From an uncultured Gemmatimonadaceae bacterium (GTDB taxonomy: Bacteria; Gemmatimonadota; Gemmatimonadetes; Longimicrobiales; Gaopeijiaceae): a DNA stretch of 29,595 nt. Position numbers and translations under genes: made by a program. Of the stretch, positions 16,834-24,594 are shown in pieces. The DNA is taken from assembly GCA_964615515.1 (NCBI GenBank), contig CAZTOF010000740.1, positions 1 through 29,595 of the forward strand. Reading direction: 5' to 3'. How positions within the stretch are numbered: position 1 is the stretch's first letter; every line of letters starts with the position of its first letter. Under the pieces are notes generated by a model. The model worked only from the letters and a program-made list of their open reading frames with translations. It did not search any database and had not been told where the DNA came from.

Positions 16834-17612
16834 GTCATCTCCACGACATCCAGGGCGGCCTCGGCGGCCGCTCGATCAACGAAGGCTCTGACGACGGGAT
16901 CCGGACTGGCGCGAAACTCCCCGGGCGTCCCGCAGAAGCGGATGCGCCCCCCTTCCAGCATGGCCACGCGGTCGCACATCCACAGGGCGCCCTCCACATC
17001 GTGGGTCACCAGCACCGAAGTGACCCGCAGCTTTTCCGAGAGCGCCTTGATGAGCCGCTCGACCGCCGCGGTATTGACAGGGTCGAGACCGGTGGTGGGC
17101 TCATCCCAGAGCAGGATGCGGGGGCGCCCGACGATCGCCCGGGCGATGCCGACCCGCTTCTTCATGCCCCCCGACAGCTCCGAAGGGAGGAGAGGCTGCA
17201 CGGCGTCGGCGTCGAGGTTCACCAGCTCGAGCGCCCTCCTCACCGCCCTTGCCACCGCGGTCCGTCCGAGGCGCCTGAGACGATCCGCCGGCAATCCCAT
17301 CGCGACGTTCCGGTACACGTTCAGCGAATCGAAGAGGGCCGCGTGCTGGAACACGTAGCCCACCTGCTTGCGAACGGTCTCCAGTGCCGCCCGACCGCCG
17401 AAGTAGACGGACCCCCCCCTCACCTCGACATCGCCCCGGTCCGGGACGACCAGCCCGATCGTCGTCTTGAGCAGAACGCTCTTGCCCGTGCCCGAAGGCC
17501 CGAAGAGGGCGAACATCTCGCCCTCGTGGATGTCGAGATCCACGCCGGAGAGCACCGGTTTGCCGAACGCCTTGTGGGCGTTCCGGTAGCGGATGACCGG
17601 GTCGGGGCTCAC
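16830..17612 (-). CDS. mlaF: MlaF-type ABC transporter ATPase
   Basis: Walker A GPSGTGKS, VFQHAALFDS, signature LSGGMKKRV, Walker B LLWDEPTTGLDP, VTHD; GTG start at 17612 inferred. Confidence 0.93.
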   Translation of the reverse strand: MSPDPVIRYRNAHKAFGKPVLSGVDLDIHEGEMFALFGPSGTGKSVLLKTTIGLVVPDRGDVEVRGGSVYFGGRAALETVRKQVGYVFQHAALFDSLNVYRNVAMGLPADRLRRLGRTAVARAVRRALELVNLDADAVQPLLPSELSGGMKKRVGIARAIVGRPRILLWDEPTTGLDPVNTAAVERLIKALSEKLRVTSVLVTHDVEGALWMCDRVAMLEGGRIRFCGTPGEFRASPDPVVRAFVDRAAAEAALDVVEMT

Positions 17613-17687
17613 TCGCCCTCTCGCCGCGCCCTGCCGGTCCGGCGCCTCACCGCTCCCGGTGCCTCGTACGGGTCCGTCCACGATCCG

Positions 17688-18479
17688 CTAGTCGAGGAAG
17701 AGGGCCGGAAACATGGCATCCAGGATGAAGATCGTGAGCGTCTGAAACATGACCGACGCCGTCGTCGTGCGCCCGACGCCCTCCGCGCCGCCCCGGGTGC
17801 GCAATCCCATGTGAATCGCGATGATCGGAATGGCGAACCCGAAGGCGACCGACTTCAGGAGGGAGTAGAAGAGGTCCCACGAGAGCCAGAAGAGGCGGGC
17901 GCCGAAGAGGAAGGTCTCGAAGCTGAGCCCCAGGGCGAGCTGGGCCGAGACCATGCCGGAAAACAGTCCCACGATATTGGCGATGCCCACCAGAAGCGGC
18001 GTGACCAGCAGTCCCGCCAGAATGCGGGGCGCCCCCAGGACGATTAACGGATCCCGTCCCAGCGAGCGGTAGGCGTCGATCTGCTCGGAAACCACCATCG
18101 TGCCCAGTTCGGCGGTGATCCGGGCCCCGACCCTGCCCACCAGAACGACGGCCGTGAGAACGGGCGCGAGTTCGAGCACGATGCTCTTGGCCGTGACGCT
18201 CCCGAGCACGTACAGGGGGACCGTCGCGGTGATCTGGTAGCCTCCCTGCTGGGAGGTGACGATCCCCGACAGGATGGAGGTGACCGCCACGATGGGGATG
18301 CTCTGGACACCCATCACGTACAGCTGGTTCACGAATTCGCGATACGAAACCCGCAACCGCATAGTCGCCGTAACGGTGGCCCACACGAGCAGGCCCAGCT
18401 GCCCCGCGTGCTCGGCCCAGATTCCCCACCAGCGCCCGACAGCCCGAACCGGACCCACGAGCAGCGTGGTGCCCGTCAT
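17688..18479 (-). CDS. mlaE: MlaE-type ABC transporter permease
   Basis: MGVQSIPIV, ELAPVLTAVVLVGRVGARITAELGTM, EQIDA, GGAEGVGRTTT; multiple TM helices. Confidence 0.93.
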   Translation of the reverse strand: MTGTTLLVGPVRAVGRWWGIWAEHAGQLGLLVWATVTATMRLRVSYREFVNQLYVMGVQSIPIVAVTSILSGIVTSQQGGYQITATVPLYVLGSVTAKSIVLELAPVLTAVVLVGRVGARITAELGTMVVSEQIDAYRSLGRDPLIVLGAPRILAGLLVTPLLVGIANIVGLFSGMVSAQLALGLSFETFLFGARLFWLSWDLFYSLLKSVAFGFAIPIIAIHMGLRTRGGAEGVGRTTTASVMFQTLTIFILDAMFPALFLD

Positions 18480-19081
18480 CGCGGCCGTGGGGGGCGAGGG
18501 GCCCGCCGTGGCCGGACGGGACCGACAAGGACGCCCAGGGAAATCGCCTGGTCGTTCCAGACCCCGGATCCCATTGATTGCCGAACTTCGAGGAACGGCA
18601 CCACCACCGGCAGGTTCAACACCCGAAGTCCGATGACCACGGAAAACTTCCAGTCGTCGACTACCTCTATCTGGTCGTCGTCGTCGGGCTGCTCCGTGCG
18701 CGCCAGGAGGACGTTCAAGCCGATGTAGCTGACCCCCTCGCCAACCGTGACCTGCCCTCCACTCTCCCAGGAGGCGCACTCGTCACACTCCGCAGAGAAG
18801 CGGTTGTAGATCCCCCCGATTCCAAGCTGCGGCATGATGAATCCCAGGTCGAATTCGGCCCGGGCCCCGATGCCGAAGCCCGACGTCAGGAGCTCACCGC
18901 GGTAGACGCCGTGCCCGCCGATCCGAACCTGAGCCTCGACGGGCGACGCAACCGCCAGGAACGCCAGGAGCCCGTGGATGAATCCGCGCGAGCACCGAGA
19001 CCGGGGAGGCGCCGGGCCGGCAAGGCGCGGTCGCCGGACGCCGCGGGCCCCGGCTGCGATCAGTCCCACTGTGTTCGCCAC
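18476..19081 (-). CDS. Small exported beta-strand-rich protein, probable outer-membrane beta-barrel
   Basis: GTG at 19081 with AGAGGGGGA upstream; signal peptide ending VEA-QV; alternating amphipathic strands (IGARAEFDL, IGGIYNRF, PFLEVR); stop overlaps the mlaE ATG (ATGA). Confidence 0.7.
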   Translation of the reverse strand: MANTVGLIAAGARGVRRPRLAGPAPPRSRCSRGFIHGLLAFLAVASPVEAQVRIGGHGVYRGELLTSGFGIGARAEFDLGFIMPQLGIGGIYNRFSAECDECASWESGGQVTVGEGVSYIGLNVLLARTEQPDDDDQIEVVDDWKFSVVIGLRVLNLPVVVPFLEVRQSMGSGVWNDQAISLGVLVGPVRPRRAPRPPRPR

Positions 19082-19240
19082 AGGTCCCCCTCTGGTTGAT
19101 TCGTTGACACCGGCTTCTGCATCTTGTACTGGTCTGCCGCCTCCACGGTTTCCGTGGCCGACAGTTCCGCACACGGACCTACGGGGCCCGGGCGGAGTAC
19201 GAAATCGCGATCCCGTGCGACCCCGCAAACGAATGTTGGA

Positions 19241-19795
19241 ATGTATCGAAATCGGATTGTCCCCGCCGTCCGCCCCGCTCGAAACGCCGTCCTGACCGCC
19301 GCTTGCGTGCTCACCACCGGCGCGGTGACCGCTCCGGCAACCACCCATCCGTTCCGCCTCTCCGTAGCCGATGTGGGGGTGACCGAAACCAGGTTGCAGG
19401 CACGAATCCGGTTCTTCTGGGACGACCTCCAGTTCGCCCTGATGGAGCACACCTCGGACATGGAGTTCCGGCTCGCGGAGACCGAGGAGGTGGACGGGGT
19501 CATCGAATCCTACATCAACCACATGCTGGTGCTGGAGGTCGGCGACACCGTGGTCCACGGAGAGGTCACCGCCCGCGGCGTGGAAGATGCGGCCCGGATC
19601 GACGAGATCATGTGGTGGTACCGGCTGGAGTACGCCTTGCCGTCCTCCGCGGAGCGCATCCGGATTCGGAACCGGCTCCTCTTCAACATGTTCGAAGACC
19701 AGCGCAACATCGTGAATCTCAAGACCCGGAGCGGCAGGGAGCGGACCTACTCCTTCTCCTGGGACGAAGACAACGTCACGATTCCCATCGGCTGA
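19241..19795 (+). CDS. Exported DUF6702-like protein
   Basis: Signal-like N-terminus then HPFRLSVAD...RIRFFWDDLQFAL, resembling the DUF6702 pattern H-x-F-x-x-S...R-x-F-x-DD-L; NRLLFNMFEDQRNIV. Confidence 0.7.
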   Translation: MYRNRIVPAVRPARNAVLTAACVLTTGAVTAPATTHPFRLSVADVGVTETRLQARIRFFWDDLQFALMEHTSDMEFRLAETEEVDGVIESYINHMLVLEVGDTVVHGEVTARGVEDAARIDEIMWWYRLEYALPSSAERIRIRNRLLFNMFEDQRNIVNLKTRSGRERTYSFSWDEDNVTIPIG

Positions 19796-19828
19796 ACCGT
19801 TTCACCACCCACACATGGTCGCCGCTTC

Positions 19829-21094
19829 TTGCTAGTACAACTCGCCGTCGTCGTCGGAACCAGCCTGGCGGTTTCCTTCCTATGCTCGGTTCTCGAGGCC
19901 GTCCTGCTTTCGGTCAGCCACTCCCATATCGCCGTGCTCAGGAGCCGCGGCGACCGCGCCGGCCACCTCCTGCACGCGATGAAACGCCGAATCGACGAAC
20001 CCATCGCGGCCATCCTGACCCTGAACACGGTAGCACATACGATCGGGGCGGCTCTCGGCGGCGCCATCGCCGCGCGCGCCTTCGGGGATGTCGTGGTCGG
20101 CGTGTTCGCTGCGGTGCTCACTTTGGCCGTGCTCGTGCTGTCCGAGATCATCCCCAAGACGATCGGCGCCACCTTCTCCAGGCAGCTCGCGAAGCCCTCC
20201 GCGCACCTGCTCCGCGCGATGGTGTTCGTGATGAAACCGCTGCTCGTCCCGCTCGGCTACCTGAGCCGCTGGATCAGGCCCCGGGGGGCGCGGCCGGAGA
20301 CGGTCAGCCGCGCGGAGATCGAGGCGCTCGCCGAGATCGGACACCGCGAGGGCGCGATCGACGAGGACGAGTTCCAGGTGATGTCGAATGTGATGCAGCT
20401 CGACGAGATCGCCGTGAGCGAGGTCATGACCCCCAGGATCGACATCGTCGCCGTGCCGGTCGAGGCGACGGTCGGCGAGGCGATGGACGTCATGCTGGAC
20501 CGGGGCAAGCTGCGTCTCCCCGTATACGAGGGAGACCTGGACCGGATCGTGGGCATCCTCCCGGCGCGGGACCTCTGGCGCGCGGCCCGGGAGGGGCGCG
20601 AAGCCGTTGCCGGGATCGCCCGTCCGGCCCGGTTCGCCCCCGCCTCCAAGCCCGTCGAGGAGCTGATCCGCGAAATGCGGGCGGAGCGCACCAGGATGAT
20701 CATCGTTCTGGACGAATTCGGGGGAACGGCGGGCCTCGTAACCCTGGAGGACCTGATCGAGGAGATCGTGGGCGAAATCCAGGACGAACACGAGGCCGAC
20801 ACACCGCGCGATTTTCAGGAGCATGCGGACGGGCGCACCCTGATCCGGGGGGGCGCCCCAGTAAAGGATGTGGCGGAACGGCTGGGGGTCCAACTCGGGG
20901 CGGAGTTCGACACCATCGGCGGGTACGTGTTCGGTGCGCTCGAAGGCGTCGCCAGGCCGGGCGACTCGGTCGAGACGGAGGCCGGCTTCCTGCGGGTCGT
21001 CCGGGTGCGCCGCCGCCGGATCGAATACGTGGTCTTCGAGCCGCGCGGGTGGCTGCCGGAGGTCAGCCCTCCAGCGGCTCCGGGTTCGACATGA
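19829..21094 (+). CDS. Hemolysin-family / CNNM-CorB-CorC transporter (CNNM TM domain + CBS pair + CorC domain)
   Basis: SFLCSVLEAVLLS, ILTLNTVA, LSEIIPKTIG, EVMTPRIDI, IVLDEFGGTAGLVTLEDLIEEIVGEIQDEHE, DTIGGYV. Confidence 0.92.
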   Translation: MLVQLAVVVGTSLAVSFLCSVLEAVLLSVSHSHIAVLRSRGDRAGHLLHAMKRRIDEPIAAILTLNTVAHTIGAALGGAIAARAFGDVVVGVFAAVLTLAVLVLSEIIPKTIGATFSRQLAKPSAHLLRAMVFVMKPLLVPLGYLSRWIRPRGARPETVSRAEIEALAEIGHREGAIDEDEFQVMSNVMQLDEIAVSEVMTPRIDIVAVPVEATVGEAMDVMLDRGKLRLPVYEGDLDRIVGILPARDLWRAAREGREAVAGIARPARFAPASKPVEELIREMRAERTRMIIVLDEFGGTAGLVTLEDLIEEIVGEIQDEHEADTPRDFQEHADGRTLIRGGAPVKDVAERLGVQLGAEFDTIGGYVFGALEGVARPGDSVETEAGFLRVVRVRRRRIEYVVFEPRGWLPEVSPPAAPGST

Positions 21095-21614
21095 CCTCTC
21101 CCGGGTTTTCGCTCGTCTCCTGACCCTGCGCACGCTTCAGGGCCCGCTCCTCGAGCCAGAACGAAATCGCGAGGAGGACCGCTCCGCACGAGATCGCCAT
21201 GTCGGCGACGTTGAAGATCGGCCAGTCCATGAAGCCAAGGTCGACGGGGCCGATGAAGTCGACCACCCCTTTGTCCCAGCGAACGCGATCGATCAGGTTG
21301 CCCAGGGCCCCGGCAATCACCAGCACCAGGGACACGATGCGCACATGGTCGCGCCGGCCCGCACGCACGAGCAATACCACCATCAGCACGAGGGCGAGAA
21401 GGGCCACCGGAATGAAGACCCAGCGCGGGTCGTCGCCGATCGAGATGCCGAAGGCGGCGCCCCGGTTGAACGCCAGGGTGAGGGGCACGTAGCCACCCAG
21501 GAAGTCCGGGCGGGACGCATCCCACAACGCCACCTCGGCCCAGCGCTTGGTGAGGATGTCGGCGACAAGGATGATCGGCACGAGAGTACCGAGGAATGCC
21601 AGCTTTCGCTTCAC
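21063..21614 (-). CDS. lspA: Lipoprotein signal peptidase II
   Basis: ADILTK, FNRGAAFG, GALGNLIDR, VVDFI, FNVADMAI; GTG start at 21614 inferred; 32-bp convergent overlap with the CNNM gene. Confidence 0.95.
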   Translation of the reverse strand: MKRKLAFLGTLVPIILVADILTKRWAEVALWDASRPDFLGGYVPLTLAFNRGAAFGISIGDDPRWVFIPVALLALVLMVVLLVRAGRRDHVRIVSLVLVIAGALGNLIDRVRWDKGVVDFIGPVDLGFMDWPIFNVADMAISCGAVLLAISFWLEERALKRAQGQETSENPGEVMSNPEPLEG

Positions 21615-21707
21615 GGTTTCAGGGTTTCTCAAGGGCTCCGGCCGCGGTGGGCCGGGGCCGGTCATGGGTGACAGGCGGGCCGCCCGGTCACGGGAGGGAC
21701 CGGAAAA

Positions 21708-22060
21708 TGGAGGCGGCGGGAGTCGAACCCGCGTCCGCGAATGGGTCCTTCCAAGCTTCTACGTGCGTAGATCGCCGTTCGGTTTCGCTGCCGGCAGGGG
21801 TCGGCGAACCACCCCCGCCGGGCTAGCCACCAGTGTCTCATTCCCCGGTCCGGTGGCGCGAACCGGGGAACCAGCCCGAATCGTCGACGCTTCCGCGGCC
21901 CGCCTCGGGCGGGCGAACCGGGAAACGGGCTGCTCGTGTCTAAGCGGCCAGAGCCAAGTCAGAGTTGGCAGTTGTGTGATGTCCGGGAGGATTAACGAGG
22001 TCCCCGGACCTCGGCACGCAGCTTCGAGATTCCCAATCCCGTCGAAGCCGTGTCGCCCCC
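21708..22060 (-). ncRNA. ssrA: tmRNA (transfer-messenger RNA), 353 nt; tag (A)ANSDLALAA
   Basis: 5' GGGGGCGACACGGCUUCGAC; 3' GACGCGGGUUCGACUCCCGCCGCCUCCA with T-loop and G3-U acceptor pair; PK1 GAGGUCCGGGGACCUC; tag ORF GCC AAC TCT GAC TTG GCT CTG GCC GCT TAG at 21969-21940; CCA not encoded. Confidence 0.97.
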
Positions 22061-23146
22061 AGGTGTTCTTTCAATCAGCGGCCCGCCGGCGCGTGCCGGA
22101 TCCGATCCGGTCCCGCGCGTGGCACCAGTAACGATAAACCCGTCGTCCAGTCCTGAACACCCCCGTCCGGTGGCGTTCAGGTAGCTCTCCAGAACGCTGC
22201 GCACTTCGCCCAGGTTCCGAACCTGGAAGAGGCGCTGCCGAAGCCGCCGTCCCCCGGCCAGACCCTTCGTGTACCATCCGAGGTGTTTGCGGAACTCGCG
22301 CACCGCCTTGTCCGCGTCCTCTTCGAAGGCAACCGCGTTCTCGGCATGACGCACGCAGATATCGAAGCGGGTGCGGACGTCGGGTTCTCCCGGCACGGGC
22401 AGCCCGTCCAGGGCGGCGCGGGACTGGCGGAAGAGCCAGGGTGCGCCGTGGCACCCCCTGGCGATCATCACCCCGTCACACCCGGTCCGTTCCCGCATGC
22501 GGCGCGCGTCCGCGCCCGAACGCACGTCACCGTTCCCGATTACGGGGACGTCCAGCGCGCGAACCAGCGCCGCGATCTCCTCCCAGCGGGCCTGTCCCGA
22601 GTACATGTCGGCGCGCGTGCGGGGGTGCAGCGTCACCATGCGGGCGCCCGCATCCCGGCAGACTCGCCCGATCGCCACCGCGTCCCGGCTCTCTTCGTCG
22701 AATCCCGAGCGGATCTTCGTGGTCACCGGAAGGTGCGTGGCCGCGACCACGGCCCGGACGATCCGGTCCACGAGCCCCAGGTCGCGCAGGCAGCCGGATC
22801 CCCCGTTGCGCTTGACGACCTTCTTCACCGGGCACCCGAAGTTGATGTCGACGAAGTCCGGTGCGTACACCTCCGTCACGAGGGTGGCCGCGTCGGCCAT
22901 GGTGCCGGGGTCGGCGCCGAAGATCTGGATCCCGATCGGCCGCTCGTCGTCGTCGAAGCGAAGGTAGTCGGCGGTGCGGCCGCTGCCGCGCACGATCCCC
23001 TCCGCGCTCACGAACTCGGTGAGCACGACATCCGCGCCGAAGCTCCGGCAGAGCCTGCGGAACGGTGACTCGGAGACCCCCGCCTGCGGGGCCAGCAACA
23101 GGGGCGTGGAGGGGTTCCCCGGCACGGCGAAGGGCAGCGTCTTCAT
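21992..23146 (-). CDS. dusB: tRNA-dihydrouridine synthase (DusB family)
   Basis: LAPQAGV, IQIFG, DINFGCP (catalytic Cys), VTTKIRSG, TLHPRT, IGNGDV, GVMIARG, RKHLGWY; ATG at 23146; stop lies inside the tmRNA gene. Confidence 0.93.
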   Translation of the reverse strand: MKTLPFAVPGNPSTPLLLAPQAGVSESPFRRLCRSFGADVVLTEFVSAEGIVRGSGRTADYLRFDDDERPIGIQIFGADPGTMADAATLVTEVYAPDFVDINFGCPVKKVVKRNGGSGCLRDLGLVDRIVRAVVAATHLPVTTKIRSGFDEESRDAVAIGRVCRDAGARMVTLHPRTRADMYSGQARWEEIAALVRALDVPVIGNGDVRSGADARRMRERTGCDGVMIARGCHGAPWLFRQSRAALDGLPVPGEPDVRTRFDICVRHAENAVAFEEDADKAVREFRKHLGWYTKGLAGGRRLRQRLFQVRNLGEVRSVLESYLNATGRGCSGLDDGFIVTGATRGTGSDPARAGGPLIERTPGGDTASTGLGISKLRAEVRGPR

Positions 23147-23200
23147 GCTTTCAAGGTAACCGGACCGGGCGGGAGGGGCGGACCGGCGAACGGCGGTCGC

Positions 23201-23274
23201 GCGGCAACCGCGGTCTGGGCGGCAACCGCGGTCTGGCACCAACGGCAGTCCGGCCTCAACGGCAGTCAGTCTGG
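23201..23274. repeat. Tandem 18-bp repeat GCGGCAACCGCGGTCTGG x2 plus two degenerate units
   Basis: Exact copies at 23201-23218 and 23219-23236; CAACGGCAGTC at 23240-23250 and 23257-23267; lies in the divergent dusB/EIIA intergenic region. Confidence 0.85.
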
Positions 23275-23355
23275 CCTTTCAAACCCGTGCCGAATATCTT
23301 GCGGCGCCCGTTCAACCGTAAACCGCCACCGGGGCCCGCCGCCCGTTCGGTTGTC

Positions 23356-23808
23356 ATGCGCCTTCGAGACTTCTTCACCGGAAGCAGGGTCGAACTGAAC
23401 CTGCCGGGAGATTCCAGAGACGACGTTTTGAACGCGCTCCTCTCCCTCCTGGAACTGGACGCCCGCTCCCGGGCGACTCTCTCCCGCACCCTTCGCAGGC
23501 GTGAGAACCTCGGGTCGACCGGGATCGGAAGGGGCATCGCGATTCCTCATTGCCGTTCGCTCGTGGTCAGCCGACTGCACCTGGCCTACGGGCGGCATGT
23601 CCAGGGGGTGGATTTCCGGGCCATCGACAACCGGCCCGCCCATCACTTCTTCCTGATCGTCGCCCCGCCGCTGGAGGTCTCGGGCCAGTACCTGCCGGTG
23701 CTGGGCAAGGTGGCCCAGTTCGCGAAGGAGGCGGACGTGCCGCCGAGCCTTGCCGCGTTGAACTCCGCCGCCGAATTCCTCGACCTGCTGGACCGGAAGC
23801 GGATCTGA
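23356..23808 (+). CDS. PTS EIIA domain protein (fructose/mannitol/Ntr type), orphan
   Basis: RRENLGSTGIGRGIAIPHCR with the phospho-accepting His, GVDFRAIDNRPAHHFFLIVAP; 150 aa from the ATG at 23356. Confidence 0.9.
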   Translation: MRLRDFFTGSRVELNLPGDSRDDVLNALLSLLELDARSRATLSRTLRRRENLGSTGIGRGIAIPHCRSLVVSRLHLAYGRHVQGVDFRAIDNRPAHHFFLIVAPPLEVSGQYLPVLGKVAQFAKEADVPPSLAALNSAAEFLDLLDRKRI

Positions 23809-23932
23809 CGGGCCGCGGACAAACGGTCGCGAGCACCGGGAGAGGCGAGGCGGCGGGTCGGCCCCGACGAGAGGAGACACCGCACCGGTATTCGCCCTTG
23901 CAGCAACGCGGAGCGCCAGCCTGGAAGTCCCC

Positions 23933-24373
23933 CTACTTCGTGACGAACATCCTGCGGACGGCGGGGCCTCGCTCGCCAACTCGCATCTGGACGAAGTACA
24001 CACCGGACGCCACCTGTTTGCCGTGCCGGTTCCGACCGTCCCAATGGGCTTCGTACCGGCCGGGGGAGGTGTACTCGAGCTGGAGCAGCGGCAACCCGTC
24101 TCCATCACGGTATCCGAGCGCCACGGGGGCTGCGACGAACTGCGAGAGGATATTGTAGATCCGAATCGACACCACGACCGGCCTCCCCTCATCGAAGAGC
24201 GCTTCATCCAGCTCGAAGGGAATTCGCGTCTCTGATTTGAAGGGGTTCGGGTAGTTCTGTTCCAGCTTGAAGCCGAGCGTCCGCTCGCCCGTGGGCGGAG
24301 GAGGCTCCTGGGCGGCGAGCGAGGTGAAGCCGCCGGAACAGATGATGGCCATGACGCAAAGCGCGCGTCTCAC
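23933..24373 (-). CDS. Small exported protein consisting of a T9SS type-A CTD / FlgD-Ig-like domain
   Basis: Signal peptide ending LAA-QE; LEQNYPNPF, IRIYNILSQFV, WDGRNRHGKQVASGVYFVQM, terminal MFVTK; GTG start inferred. Confidence 0.8.
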   Translation of the reverse strand: MRRALCVMAIICSGGFTSLAAQEPPPPTGERTLGFKLEQNYPNPFKSETRIPFELDEALFDEGRPVVVSIRIYNILSQFVAAPVALGYRDGDGLPLLQLEYTSPGRYEAHWDGRNRHGKQVASGVYFVQMRVGERGPAVRRMFVTK

Positions 24374-24528
24374 GATATGTCCCGCTTTCGGATCAGTAGC
24401 GTTCGTACGTTCGCCCCTCCCAGGGACTGGATCCGGCAACGCGTGGAGGCAGCGCCGTCCATTATGTGGACGAGGCTTCCGCCGACGACATTCCCGTCGG
24501 ACCCGTTCATTCAATCACTGGCACGAGT

Positions 24529-24558
24529 ATCATACCCCATTCCTACGCAAAAGGTCAA
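24529..24558 (-). promoter_or_regulatory. Near-consensus sigma70 promoter
   Basis: Minus strand TTGACC (24558-24553)-N18-TATGAT (24534-24529), just after the selB stop; predicted +1 near 24522. Confidence 0.7.
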
Positions 24559-24594
24559 GCGGTTCGTCGCGGCGGTACGTCGTGGCGGCCCGCT

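Noticed and set aside
21660-21740. ssrA 3' end as an integration site for a phage or island
   Set aside because: No integrase and no duplicated tmRNA 3' fragment seen in the window; lspA follows directly, so the site appears empty.
23201-23274. CRISPR interpretation of the repeat array
   Set aside because: Units are adjacent with no unique spacers, are only 18 bp, and no cas genes are present.
23270-23300. TTCAAA resembling a tRNA-Sec anticodon loop near selB (also at ~24236-24241 on the minus strand)
   Set aside because: Flanks do not form an anticodon stem and there is no T-loop or acceptor stem; the second site is inside a CDS.
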